From assembly GCA_020137815.1 (NCBI GenBank), contig CM035359.1, forward strand, positions 3,224,001 to 3,288,000: 64,000 nt of DNA. Direction: 5' to 3'. The notes below the pieces were generated by a model. It worked only from the letters and a program-made list of their open reading frames with translations, made no database searches and was not told where the DNA came from. The translations under genes were made by a program, and so were the position numbers. This DNA is from Hormiphora californensis (taxonomy: Eukaryota > Animalia > Ctenophora). Positions 1 through 13,475 of the stretch are shown in pieces. Position 1 is the first letter of the stretch. Each line of letters opens with the position of its first letter.

Positions 1-40
1 CATGCACAAGGATAAACGAGCGTTTCTGCGGACTTTTTAC

Positions 41-223
41 CACCCGCACGTACAGCCCCTGCTTTTTGAGGGTCGAGCTAGGCAAGCCCATGTATGGTCG
101 AATCACAAAAGTAAAAGCGAGATAGATAGGAATTGATATACTAATTGCCGCTATACAAAGCTGCGATGCAGATTCTATAAGGACATGGTACAGTATCAAA
201 CCATCAACATCATCTCCATACAT
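41..223 (-). CDS. Candidate alternative first coding exon A (MYGDDVDGLILYHVLIESASQLCIAAISISIPIYLAFTFVIRPY...GLYVRV), with a hydrophobic segment
   Basis: Acceptor atattcAG 22 nt upstream of ATG at 223. The frame is open to the window edge, so it is absent from the ORF track. A possible phase-0 donor GTG|gtaaaa lies at 41, but the exon may instead continue past position 1. Confidence 0.35.
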
Positions 224-1053
224 CACCGACAGATCAGAAGTCCCACTGAATATATTAATATGATTATATCAGGTTCGGAGACAGAGAAGAAGGTTCGGCG
301 ACACATGGAAATATCGCTCTCTGAGATACTATACTCCCACAGAGGGATATATATACTGGGATCGGATCAGCTGATGGATAATAGAGATAATTACCCACTA
401 AACACGTATCATTTGGATTTTGGATAATTACGGTGCGGGTATATTATATTGTGTTGGTAAGAGCTACTATATACTCCTCCCCATGAGGATCATACTGATC
501 AACCTACTACGACAAGTAACTGCTCCGTATATAATTGTAATTACTGGTCAGGGCAATCACAGCTCAGCAGCTTCTCCTTCTACTCAGGAGGGTGGAAGGA
601 ATCCCTGCAATTGAGAGACCTCTCTTTCGCTTTCCTGTAAGCTGTATGCTACGTCAGCGGGACATGTGACAATCAGGTGGATGTGTAATGAGCTGCAATA
701 GAGCCGGTAATTGTAAAGAAATTCACATAAATTAGTTTCATGGTATCAAAATGACAACATGAGACCCAGAGATCTCATGGTTACAATTGCTGGAGCTGTC
801 ATCTTGCAACCGCAAAGCCGCAAAGGGATGATTATAATATGAAGTTTAACTTCCAGTTCACATGCAGATTTCTGAATTCGAAAGAATTGTCGCCCATCAT
901 GTGTACACAGTGTGCCATGATGATTGGATAGAGTTAAGATTATACATGAAGATAATAGAAATTGATAACTGGCTATCTCTACATAACAGCCATGGGATCT
1001 CACCGAGAAACGATGTATGCGGTTTGGTAAATTAATCTTTAGCTCTTTTTATT

Positions 1054-1177
<124 letters not shown>

Positions 1178-2095
1178 TCGCTCTCCCCCTCACTTTATCC
1201 CTCTCTCTCTCCCCATCCCAAACCGCGGCTCGTTTTGTAGTACGCAACTAATTATCTGGTGAAAGATGAAAGTAAGTAACACCCTTAATGCCAAAAGCAT
1301 CAAATGCACGTTTAGTAAAGCAAGGTGGAGCGGTACCAAAGGTATTATAATTCTGTCTTGTTTTTGTGGTCTGGAGCCAATTGGAAATCTCATTACTCAA
1401 AGCCATGTATAATATAGTTATTCAGTCAAGAGCTGAGTGGGTACCTATATCTGGATGCAAAAGAGGTTTATATATCCGATGATCGATTCATTTCATTTTC
1501 TGACGGTCACCAAGCATGACCTCTAAAGCATTCCACAATTTATACGATTAAACTTTTGAAGCCAGCGCATACATATTGTCAGACATAATAAAATCCAAGC
1601 GTTTCAATACATGATAGTTGCTACATATGCTGCAAAAATAACCCCAAGAAAGACACAAGCATTGTGCCATCTGAAGCGTGTACAACAGATGGCCCTATTA
1701 TAAGTTTTACAGTCAGTGAAAAGTGTTGAACACACTATGTGTCGCTCAATCTGATTGCAGGTGTGAAATTGCAGCTCGTGCGATAGAACACGGTACGTGG
1801 TTTATTTAAAAACATGAACCTTCATGTTTCCGTTTAGCTGTATAATAGTGAATAGGCTAATATCTAGTGAAGTAATGAATCTGAACAAATTCAAATCAAA
1901 CCAAAGGGCAATATCAAGAGTGGCAAATTATATACCCAGCGCATGACGAGACATGAGTTCCTCCAGAACAATTGAGACTCAACATAGCATCTTCAGTGAT
2001 GTTAAACAAGAAGAAAACAATATTCGAGGTTGTGGTCCTCGTCCTCCGGACGTAGAGAGTATCAAAAATAAATGCAGGGAAACAATTATACTCAC

Positions 2096-2200
2096 CAGGT
2101 TTGGGAGGTGAACTGCGTCAATATCCCCTTTAGAACCATCACCATCATCACCATTCCGTCCGATGTTGGTGTAACCTATCCTGGAGCGCTCTGTGCCCAT
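2096..2200 (-). CDS. Candidate alternative first coding exon B (MGTERSRIGYTNIGRNGDDGDGSKGDIDAVHLPNL)
   Basis: ATG at 2200, 35 codons, ending at consensus donor CTG|gtgagt in phase 0. AG 11 nt upstream of the ATG. Confidence 0.55.
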
Positions 2201-4803
2201 ACCTCGATATACTGATCAATAGTACAGTAGCTAAGTTGAAAATTATTTACCCAAAAACGCGGGTTAGCAACCCCTAGTAGCTAGTAAACTGAGAGCTGAT
2301 ATAGCAAACCCTATATAGTATTCAAAAGTACAGTAGATGCCGCATGTCACATGCCGCTAATTATCAGGAGGAAAAGTAGACAAGAAAATAAAATATATTT
2401 TTTATTACAATAAGCTTTATATCCTATGCAAGCAATTGAGGAGCTGGGTTCAAACTAGAGTTCATATAACATAAAGAAGCCGGCTAAGTGATGTGGACTC
2501 TGTATAGAGCTAGCTGTACTGAGCTGTTATTATAGAGGCCTATCTTGCTGGAATTATTCTGTGACAGGGCCGAATCGAGTTTTTGACAACCTAACCGTTT
2601 GTCTAGTGTCTGCAGCTATAAGTGAACCCTAAACTGTCCTATCCTGGGACACAATACTTATGATGTAGTGCTCTGTACAAGAGAAAACAAACTTCAGAAT
2701 ATGCCTGACATAACATATGTTTTATCCAAAAACCACGAAATATATAATGACGAAAGGTGTGGGAGACAATTTGGGGAGGAGAAAAAAACCGCAAATCGTG
2801 GTTAAAAAGAAGAGACGAGACATGTAATCATAAAGCAAAGTTTTAGATCAGAATGTGATCTTGTTACTCTGCCAGGCCAATGCTCAGGTTCTCCGCCAGT
2901 TGTTACTTGGATACGAATCTAGGTTTGGGAGGAGAAAGAGAGAGCAACAGGATGAGTTGGGTATACCATACTTCACTGATGACCGGCCTATATTGGAGCT
3001 ATTGAACGCGATCTCGTTCTCATTAAAGGAGAACAGAACATCCAAGTAAAATTAAATGGCAGTTCTATAAAGTAAGGGGATTGGTCAGAGTCTCGCAACA
3101 CAGTGGAAGCTGTTACCTCAGTTCTATAAAGTTCATGTGTTTGTTACCTGCAGTTATACACAAGTAAATACCTTCAACGGAATCAGGAAAATCAGCTCTA
3201 CCTATATAGATTCCATATATATTGATATCATTTGCCTGATGAATCAATATATTCTAGTCGGAACCCATACAACGTGTTCTACACATATTCTGATACTTGC
3301 ATACCCTGCAGGGGGCAACTTTTAGCTTTTTATGCCTACACTAGTCCTCATCACTAGCTGTTAACTTTTTGAATGATTTAATTCATAACTTCAAACAAAC
3401 TTTTACTGCAGCCTTGGTATCCCCCCCCCCCCTTTAAAAGATGATCACTTTTCAAGTATTTTTCAGTTAACCCTATAGCGACAACTGCTAATTGAGAAAA
3501 AAAGCAACTCAAAGCCGGGGAAGAGGACTAACAAATCCCACCCTCAAACGAGGCCGGGGAAAGAAAACTCTATGGTTCCAACCCTTAATCTCAACAATGG
3601 TGGAGACTGCCTCAAAGAAGAAGAAGATCGATTGCAATGACGACTCAGGACGCCAGTATAGTTCCACTATTAAAGGTCCCATCCCAAAGATCGGTCTGGA
3701 TAAGAAGTGAAGCAGGTTCTTAGTAGGTAACGAAATCACCCCTGTCGTAATAAGGCACGTTTTAGCGTGCCCACAATTGGTAGAGATAATTGCGTTATCA
3801 AGTTCTTAGTAGGTAATTCCGTCTTTCTTCAGCCAGCATCCCTGATCTTCTTCTTCTACAGAGTCCAGGCACAAGGATACCATGGTTACCATGGTTACCA
3901 TGGTTACCATGGTTACCATGGTTACTAATCACTACTTTGTGTTATGACGTCATTGTTTAGAACAAGTCATGATCTCACTAAACAGCTGCCAAGTCACGAT
4001 ATAATGCATTCTCAAATATATCGCAGGCATGACGCATGTACTAAAATATTGATGTTAACTATAGGTTAACAAGGTTAACTATAATCTATATGTTTGATTG
4101 GCCATATATTGGTCATATATTGGTCATATTAGTCATATAATGATCATACTATTGATAACCTAAAAGTTCATCACGTCTCTCACCTCATTCCGCAATAACC
4201 TCCTCTTAATTCGCTGGTATAGTCTTGTCATCCAAAACTGAATGCCAAACCAAGGGATACAGATTATGGAAAGTGTAAAACACATTGAACAAGAGTGATC
4301 AATAATCGTGCACATCATTAACTCGAGTTGCTAGGAAAACTACTAATTCGCTCAATGCATGTATTCCTCATACAGTGCATACTGCAATGTAATCAGTCGA
4401 TGACCCCTTGCTGTAGTTTGTGGAAAAATGTCACTTCCTTTTGTTGGCCCCCCATGGACGTGTGGCGCCCAAGAGTTGTGCAATATCAGCTTGTACCTGA
4501 CTCTACATCTAATTTATTGCTTGCAATGCATTTTTTCGTCCAATCGATATTTATAATGGTTACTTGCGTCAATGGAGAATTCCACTAGATCTTTGTCGTC
4601 AAATTATAAACGAAACTATGTGACTAGGATATGCCTTTCTCTGGGTAAATTTTCAGAATAAATCTATTAGACATATTATAAAAGATCGAATATTGAATAG
4701 GGGAGAATCATATACATTAATACATTATTCTTCTTTCTCTCACCGCCAGTTCTAAAGGAGGGGTATAGTACACCTTTTCAAGGAAAGAAACCTTTGCTAC
4801 TAT

Positions 4804-4954
4804 TGGGGGAAACAGTCGTGACTGAACCAGAGATTCAGGCCAACCGGCTGAAATCTCAGGGAATGGCCGTTTATACAGAGCCCTGAGGTCTGAGGTCTCA
4901 GTGATAAATAGCCGTGACCTGAACTAGAGATTCAGGCACGGCTGTTTTCCCCCA
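4804..4954. mobile_element. MITE (TIR ggg(g)aaacagtcgtg); second copy at 47620-47830
   Basis: Terminal inverted repeats gggggaaacagtcgtg / cacggctgttttccccc and internal inverted symmetry. Same termini and ttcaggcacg motif at 47620-47830. Confidence 0.65.
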
Positions 4955-5087
4955 CCATGTGTTAGGTTACTAGGTACATGCAGGCGACAAGAATTAAACT
5001 CGGAATCTCCCATGGTTACGAGCTAGAGTTTCCAAAAAGCAGCTAATACTCCGAGCCAGCGGGTAATAAGGAGTAACAAATTATATA

Positions 5088-5545
5088 GACCCCGCTGGCA
5101 CAAATAGACGCACGGCACGCTCAAACAATTTGCACTGGTCTATTGGGCCGTGCACTGCCGTGAGTTTGTGTCTCGATAGACGCACGCCCTCTGACAGATT
5201 TGTGTAAAGATCACAAAGAATCACTGGAAACACGATAAAATGACTTGGTAACACAAGAGGGAGTGTGTGTACAACCTACTACGCTCTCTGTCTAGATTTG
5301 GCGCCCGCCAGTCTGTTGCAACTGTTGCTCATGACCCACAATTATAATTAACTGTAATCTCTCTCTGCATTCCACCCCCATTCCACCCTTTGAAACTGTT
5401 ACAACAATTGTTACGAGTGTGTAGGAATGTAGAGAGGCACTCTGTAGCTTCATTTCCAACTGTTTGATCCGTTTTGTGTGAGCTCTCTGTGTGTCAACCA
5501 CCTAATTTGTGCTTGTTTTGCTTCTAGGTGCCCGCCAGCGGGGTC
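5088..5545. mobile_element. MITE with TIR gaccccgctggc, flanked by TATA
   Basis: tata|gaccccgctggc ... gccagcggggtc|tata. Confidence 0.65.
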
Positions 5546-5549
5546 TATA

Positions 5550-5719
5550 GAACATAACTCCCTCCCTTGCGTGCAGATATACCTGTAAACCCCTCGCTGA
5601 CGCTCGGGATTTACAGGGCTGTAATGCACGGTCCCTTCGGGACCCGTGCATTACAGCTCAATAGACGCACTGCTCTGCAGTCTATTGATTATATGCCCGC
5701 GCGGGAGGGAGTTATGTAC
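5550..5719. mobile_element. MITE with TIR g(a/t)acataactccctccc, flanked by TATA, with internal hairpin
   Basis: tata|gaacataactccctccc ... gggagggagttatgtac|tata. Internal hairpin gctgtaatgcacggtccc-ttc-gggacccgtgcattacagc. Confidence 0.65.
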
Positions 5720-5783
5720 TATATAACTGCTTGAATACAGAACACACATGATACCTTCCGGTTAAAACATACAGTTCACATAC

Positions 5784-5906
5784 CTTTCTGTTACGAAGCC
5801 GGGAAATCCACCTGCTTAGAGGTAGTTTCTCACTAAGGATCAGGTTCTCTGCGCTGATCCCTTGTTCCGTAGTTATTTGTGTCTTGAACTCACTCTGGGT
5901 CTCCAT
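5784..5906 (-). CDS. Candidate alternative first coding exon C (METQSEFKTQITTEQGISAENLILSEKLPLSRWISRLRNRK)
   Basis: AG 13 nt upstream of ATG at 5906. 41 codons ending at donor AAG|gtatgt, phase 0. Confidence 0.55.
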
Positions 5907-6449
5907 CTTGTACAAGCTTCTATATAACTTATCGAGTAACAAAATATATAAGCTCAGGTTTACCTCATTTAAATTCGGACCCCGATTTACCACTGAATCC
6001 CGATTCGGGATTTCTTCCCACGACATATCCCATGGTAAGTCGGGGTCCGGTTGTATAATTGTGAAAGGTGCAAGACCATGCAAGTATCAAAACCCTATGA
6101 TATCATGATTGAAAATTTAAGAGCTTAATATCTTGATAAGTACATATAAGTGTAGTAGGTAGTGTAATAATGAAGTAGCTCGGTTAGTGTACAAGCTGAG
6201 AAGATGAACAAGATATACTGCTCTTGATTTGAGGTGCCTACACCGCGGCACCACTATCATGAGATGAATTCGACGGCCGTGAGTGTGTGTGACAGGTAAT
6301 CATTCCGATTGAACACCTTTGGCAGGAGCTGCACTGGGGGAAAATGGATTTAAGAGAGAGGAGAAGCTAGACGTCCTCGCTCTGACTCTCTCGCGCGCTT
6401 CTCTTCTGCCTCTCTCCTCTCCTCTCTACTCTCTCGCTAAAAAACTCTA

Positions 6450-6532
<83 letters not shown>

Positions 6533-7188
6533 CGCTCCCTCTCCTCCTATGACAAAACCCTGAAGTATAGGGCACGAAATCATCCTCGACGACTCTCCTC
6601 TCTCTCTCGATCCTCTCTCTCTCTCTCTCTCTCTCTCCTCTCTTCTTCCTTCTTTCTCCCTACTTTCTGCTTTCTTCCTACCTCTCCTTCCTCCCCCTCT
6701 CTTCCCTCCTCTCTCATCCTCTTTCCCCTTTTCTCTTTCCTCTCCTTCTCTCCTCTCTTCCCTCTCCTGTCCTCCCTCTTCTTTTTTTTCGGCTTCCTTC
6801 CCTCTCGTCTCAATAAACCCTAGCGAGGTACTTCTAGAGTAGTTGAAGGAGAATGCAATTAATACCCTTACCCATAAAGATCTCACTCCTCAACAACCCC
6901 TTTAATGGATTAAAATGAATTTTAAAGGAGCTATGAGAAGAATGAGAGGAAATTTTTTACATAAAAAAATCTTTTCCGTTTTAAATTTCGGCCCCTTTCC
7001 CGGGTGGGTTTTCCCCCTTTTTCCCTTTTCCCCCCTTTTTTTTCCCCCCTTTCCCTTTTTTTTTTCTTTTTTTTTTTCTTTTTCCTTTTTTCCCCTTTCC
7101 CCCTTTCCCCCTTTTCCCCCCCTTTCCCCCCCTTCTTTTCCCGCCCCCCCCCTTTTTTAAAAACCCCCAAGGGGAAAACAAAAAACCC

Positions 7189-7241
<53 letters not shown>

Positions 7242-8308
7242 TTTTTTTTTTTTATTTTTCCCCACCCCCCTTTCCCCCCCCGGGGGGGAAAAAAGAAAGC
7301 AGAAAAGGGGGGGACAGGAGAAAAGGGAAGAAAAGGGAAAAAAAAAAAGGAAAAGGGGGGGAGGATGGGAAAAAACCTTCCCCTCGAATAAAAAAAAAAA
7401 AAAATTTTAAAAGGTTTAAAAAAAATTTTTTTTTAAAAAAATTTTTTTTATACTTTTAAATTTATAGTATAAATTTAATATATATAAAAAATTTTTTTTT
7501 AAAAATTTAACGATTTTTTTTTTAAAATGCAATACAAAAGTAAAAAATGTAACCCATAAAAATTACGGAATGGGTTTAATTTAACCCCCCCCTCGGGGGG
7601 CATAACTGTACTGAAAAAACCCCCTTAAAGAAGGCGGAGGGGTAGTATTATATACAGTGATCATCGAGGTTAGAATGAATATGATGATAATAGCATCTCT
7701 CTATCTTTCTATCTCCTGTTATCTGTCTCTCTATCTCCATCGTTCTAGCTCTTTCTATCTCTCTCAGTTGTCTCCCAATATGTCTGTTGTCAGATTATAT
7801 GAACATGATGAGGATGCCAATAGGGGGACAAAGCTCATGTTATACCAGCATGATGATATTCGACTCTTGATTCTCGAAAAGTAACAATTTACTATAAAGG
7901 TACACCAATCACCTAGCCACACTTTCTATATCCCCAAGACGCAAGTAGACGCGGACGAATAGTATGTGTGAATTCACATATCATATTCAAGATTGCAAGA
8001 CTTAATTTAATCAGAAATAGTAAGGTGTGTGGAGTCCACACGTGTCGTCAATGTGCAGTTCACATATTCTGTTCTATTCCACATGTACATCATTAACTGA
8101 TGAACATATATTAATTCTCGTTAAGCTACTACAAGTTCAACCCAACACGATATATCAGATACAACGATGGCTGAAAAACAACCTCCGCTGAGATTCAACA
8201 ATACCCCCGCAGTTAGTGTCAATAAAAGCTAACTGCATGATCATATATAAATTCAATTCAATTCAAATATTAATTATGAACAATTAAAGTGATTAATATT
8301 TTATGTAA

Positions 8309-8417
8309 CAGGAACCGACCGAATCAGGAAATACTGATCCCTGATTGGCTGATAACCAGTCACGTGACCTAAATAACGAGTTCTGATTGGTTGTTTACTT
8401 GTTTCGGTCGGTTCCTG
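8309..8417 (+). mobile_element. ~108-bp hAT-like MITE (TIR caggaaccgaccga); further copies 26780-26854 (partial), 33063-33153, 39767-39875, 46072-46176
   Basis: 14-bp TIR and near-identical dispersed copies. ~8-bp imperfect TSDs: tggtatgt/cggtatgt at 33063, tatctaa(c) at 39767, ttatgtaa/gtttgtaa here. Confidence 0.85.
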
Positions 8418-8430
8418 GTTTGTAACTAAC

Positions 8431-8538
8431 CTTCTCCTCAGATTTTGGGCTCATGTCCTCAGGTCTAACTTTCTGGTACCGCTGATGCCGCTGCAGGGGC
8501 ATCTGTTTCGGCCTGTTGTCAGAGGGGCCCGCTACCAT
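8431..8538 (-). CDS. Candidate alternative first coding exon D (MVAGPSDNRPKQMPLQRHQRYQKVRPEDMSPKSEEK)
   Basis: Kozak-like accATGG at 8538. 36 codons ending at donor AAG|gttagt, phase 0. Acceptor tttcatAG 45 nt upstream. Confidence 0.55.
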
Positions 8539-8790
8539 GGTAACCACGAGACTCCGATAGCAAGAATTACAATGTAAATATAACTATGAAATGTCGACTG
8601 TCGAACCTGACTTCGGAACAACTGTCACACAATTCAAAGCTAGTGGCAAAGTGCTATGTAGAAGTAGAGTAGAAGTGTAGCGAGGAGCAAAGTGTCAACT
8701 TTTCCTGCACCTCTTTCGCACTAGAGAGAAAAAGGTAGAGGAAGGTGATAGAAAGATAGAAAGAGATGGAGAGAGAAGGAGAGAGAGAGT

Positions 8791-8840
<50 letters not shown>

Positions 8841-9337
8841 GAGGAGAAGGGGAGTAATTTTAAGGAAAAAGTAGTGGGTAATACCATTAGCTTACTACAA
8901 AAACCAGACTGCCCTATAGGGTGGTGACAGTTCTATATAACACTACACCTTCCTGGCGTTCTAGGCTAAAGGTATGGAAAAAGACCAAGCAAAAGTTGGC
9001 AATATCCTGCAAAGTCTTATTGTGTATCGTATCACGATAATGTGTAAAGTGATTTTGCATTTAGTGGTTACATGGATGCCTGTAATTCAGCAAGCCTAAA
9101 ACAATTACGATTTTATCAATAAGTGTTCGGTCCATGTACATCTTTAGAATTTCTAATACAGCTGTGAAACTCTTGCGAGATTTGAGCAACGTTTATATGT
9201 ATCACACAAGTGATAATTGATGATAATAAACCGGGTTTTTATAAACTTTGATTTTTTTAAAATTTTCACCTACCAGGCCAGGTTAAAAAGTAAAAAAGAT
9301 GCTCACAATCACAGCGACACAAAACACCAAATCCTAC

Positions 9338-10636
9338 CTTTTGTTTGAACGCTTTCCACTTCTTTCGGGTTCGATAAATCGCTGATTTCTCAAGCTGCAT
9401 CTCATAGACTCCCGCCCGAAACAGATGGGACAGCCGCCTTCTAGAATCTTCCTGATCTCCATCGATCGTAGCTACTTGTTGGACAAACGAGAGGATTCCA
9501 GGACGAACAGTTTCTAACGATCCCACTGAGCTTACCGCGTCATGGGTCGTGGACCGATCAATAGTTGAGGGAAGTCGCTCATATAAAATTTGTCTGGAGT
9601 GTGATCCTAGTAAAGTTGAAGGGAGCCCTTCATACGGGTCTTCTTCCATCTCGATTGAAGGTTGTTTGGGAAGTTCAATGACGTCATCGTGTTTCGATAG
9701 TTGTAGTGAGCTGATACGAGAACCGATGGGCACCTCATAGTGGGACTCAGTATAAAAGTTCGTCGGAGATTCATAAAGTGGTTCACCTCGAGATCTGCGA
9801 TTGGGTTTCTGTTCCGTTTTATCGAAATCATAAATAAACTGATGATCTGCAGCACTATTGACCCGATTTGAATCGTAAATTGGTAACATCTGATCATTGT
9901 TTCCAGGGTAGCAAAACTCTGTGCTGCTAACCGGCAACTTGGAGTAACTGTTCGCTTTAGAAGCGAGAACCAAGTCAGTGACTGATGAAATATGAGAGAG
10001 GGAAAATGAGGAAGAGTTCTGCCCTTGGGACGCTGGAAAAGAGGTTTGTTCGTATGATGACCGCCCAGATTGAGATGTCTCAAGTTCCAAACTAACTGAC
10101 TCTGTTTGACCTAGAACTGACGAATACAAACTGCTCCTTGATCTGTGATCCTCTGTACTGGAGCAGTCTGGTCGGGCGGCATCTCTGAGCGCATAGATCT
10201 TCTCCTGAATGGGCGAGCAAATCACGTGACTCTCCGCCACGTGTGTCAAGTGGAGGTACAGTTCATCCAGCACCCCTTCAATCGCACCACACTGACACAG
10301 ATCAGGAGGGGAACTGCTTGTGGTGCAGTGATCATCGGGAGGAGGGGAGCTAGTGGTGGTGGTTGGAGAGGTTGCTTCTCCGATCTCCTCAACACTTCCT
10401 GGGGATATGAACCGAGGAGACCATGGATCATTTTCTGAAGTACAGTTCCTTTCATCAAGCAAGGATTGCAGTTTCCCGCGGATAATCGCCTTTTTTAGGT
10501 CAGATGAGAACTCGGCAAGTGCGAGGTGGTCTTCCTCAAGTTGGAGGCCAAGGTGGGAAAACTCCCGGTTAATTTGGTCCTCGCTCAACAGATTTAATAC
10601 TTGGAGACATGTACATGCCGTGAAAGAGGTAGCCAT
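9338..10636 (-). CDS. Large candidate first coding exon E, 433 aa, Ser-rich/disordered, no recognised domain
   Basis: Non-repetitive 456-aa ORF with an in-frame TGA two codons before the ATG. Donor AAG|gtagga after ...KWKAFKQK (phase 0). Strong acceptor ctttcttgtttttttAG at 10799-10800. Confidence 0.75.
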
Positions 10637-11714
10637 TGTTCATTGGGTTGCTTGCGGAGGATGATTCGAGTATAACTGCAGGAACTGAATGATGTGCCAC
10701 TCCGTATAATGCGTATATCAGAAGACCATTGGTTCCATCAAACACACACCCTGCAGCGTATCATCATCTGTGTCGTGTATTATAGCTACGACTGATTTCT
10801 AAAAAAACAAGAAAGAAAAGTCAGTTGAGTTAGCATTTGCTTGTATAGAATTAGAGCAAAGGGAGGAGGAGGAGGGGAGAAAATATTTGGGCAGTAACTA
10901 TCTCCAGGAATTCACCACAGATTGTCTGCAATCACTAGGATATTTTAATACGTGGAATTAAAAAGCTCGATGCTACGTGCCATTAGTAATCCGAATTTAA
11001 TGCTAAGTATAGTGTATACAAGAGACACAATATATAAACATATATCTGTATAATATATACAATTTAATGGGTGACAGCTCAGTTTAGTATGGTCGAATTA
11101 TAATGAGAGAGGTGTGACCGTATATTAGAAACATTATGAATTATACAAAATACAAACACGATCATAGCAAATTAAACACAGATTACAGAGCTCAGAAGGA
11201 TGGAAATTATAATATGTGCTAAACGATTCTAGTATGATAAATGTTATCAAAAAACTACTTCACATTGTGTACTAATTACAGCATATAATCGAAATATTCA
11301 TTTCATATTTTCATACTGCAGCTCCCGTGACCCATCCCGGTAGAAGAGCACTCTCAGTGGCAGGCGCCACCTAATCGCATAATCGAAACAATAATCATAA
11401 CAATAGCACTCATTTTTACAGGCATGCAACTCTATAGCACATAACAAGCCCTATTGAATGCTTTGAGAATAGAAGGACCTTTGTTCATTCATTCTTGAGT
11501 GAGTTTCATGTGGGGTTAAATGATAAGCATAGTGCATGCAGTGTCGACTGTCGAGCAAGGCAAGTTATAATGCAGTGTAGAGCAAGTTCGGTAAACAAGA
11601 TAAGTTCGGTAAACAAGCTGGGGGATATTACGCAGATCGGAGCACCCTGCTTCGCTGTCTGTTTAAGTACCTGCGTTTAACCTACTCAATGTCTATTCAT
11701 GGAAGAGATATCTC

Positions 11715-11786
<72 letters not shown>

Positions 11787-11803
11787 ATCTCTCTCTCTCT
11801 CTA

Positions 11804-11872
<69 letters not shown>

Positions 11873-13331
11873 CCTCACTTAGAACAAGAGCAAGACAGTA
11901 TGGAGGCCACATAATCATTAAAACTGGCTGTAAACAAGATCATGCATAATACGGGCATTGTGGGATGGAAGGGAGAATTGAGGAAAAAGATAGAGAGAAA
12001 GAGAGATTGATAAAAGTGTAATAGCTTGTTGTGGAATATGGGAGGAATGGAGAGATCTGTGGCCTGTGGTTTGGACGTGCGACAGCTGAGGAGAGAGATA
12101 GTCAGAGATTATAGTGAGAGATAGAGATAAAGATAGGGATAGAGAGATAGAGAGAGTGTGTATTGTGGAAATGGCGGATCTCATAGATAGGATGATGTAG
12201 TCGAGGGAGATGTAGTGACATATGTATGGTGATAGAGAAAGAGTGAGGGGACTACTACGTTCTATATAATGACGATGTATATAGTAGTAGCTACTAGCCT
12301 GTGTGTGCATTTCTTATCTAGAACAGAATCAGGCTAATTATATGTTAGTAGTTTGAGCGCAGAATTTGAAGCCATAAACTATAGGGCATTAATTAGGTAC
12401 TACATCAGAATCGATCCGAAACGTAACACACACAAGTTCAACCATTATTTATGGCACTGACATGTATACCATTCATGACAATTCACGTTCGGTAGGTTCT
12501 GACACACGACATTGAAATCACATAGGATAATATTCCAAGTGAAAAGTTTTGACCATTGTTCGCGGTCAACATTCTGCCGAAATCAACATAGGATACAAGG
12601 AATTTGGAAAAAGGTGATATTCTCGTTTATCAGTAGAAGATGTAGAACTGACAAGCCTGATATCCTGGAAAAATATTTTGGAAATAAATTTGTCAACTTA
12701 GGATCACGGAAATGTTAATTGATATTTGGGTGTTTCGTATGGGAATGATTGATAATTAATTCACTGTGTGCAATGCCACAACCCCAAAATAATATTTTCT
12801 CTGTAAATATTAAAGAAAATTTATCAACCAAATGAGAGATCCGGTAAATATTGTTTAAAAATGTTTTTTTCCAATCCTGATCATGATAGGGTGTTTGAAA
12901 TGGGTGTATCAGACTTGATCACGTTTAGTAATCATACTATGTCTCGTAATTTGACAACTCTCCAATACATAATATATTTCTCTGTACATCCTTTTCGATG
13001 AAATTACTATCCTAACCAAATTTGAAGAGATCGGTAATAGAGATTACAAAGAGGAATGTTACTCCTGTTGCCTAATATTTTAATGATGATAGGGTTGATA
13101 ATCAAAAACGGAGCATGATTGCAGGTTTAGAAAACAAAGACCAATAGCAATATTAATGATAAATAATCAAAACAACTTACCACAATACTATATAGAATCT
13201 TTATAATATTAAAGTAGTGGCTACTAAAGTACTAAACGAGCAAAGAAAGCTCAAAGAGTACACTTGCAGCCTTAGCTGGGTCCCTGACACGCCGCCTTGT
13301 TAACATATAAACGATTGTCCCCAAAACACAC

Positions 13332-13475
13332 TGACAAACATATGTACTTGGGGGAATCTAGTGCCCTTCCTGGCTGGTAGGGTTGGTGTTGGCCAGGTCG
13401 AGCGGGGGGTCCATGGTTGTTCTTTTGAAACCTCCGGGATAACTCCTGGTTAGAGGGGCCAGGAACTTCATTCAT
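13332..13475 (-). CDS. Weak candidate alternative first exon F (MNEVPGPSNQELSRRFQKNNHGPPARPGQHQPYQPGRALDSPK...)
   Basis: GC-rich coding-like island with ctaac branch motif and AG just upstream of the ATG. The donor is ambiguous (a phase-0 TCA|gtgtgt option exists), and the region adjoins low-quality sequence. Confidence 0.25.

Noticed and set aside
3780-3900. Another minus-strand first-exon candidate (MVSLCLDSVEEEDQG...)
   Set aside because: It hits a stop before any donor. The 30150 candidate was also dropped because it is very short and phase 2.
6850-7620. Homopolymer-rich block with K/G/F/P-rich ORFs
   Set aside because: Runs of A/T/C/G next to a (CT)n tract are typical of low-accuracy long-read consensus. 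The ORFs are compositional artefacts.
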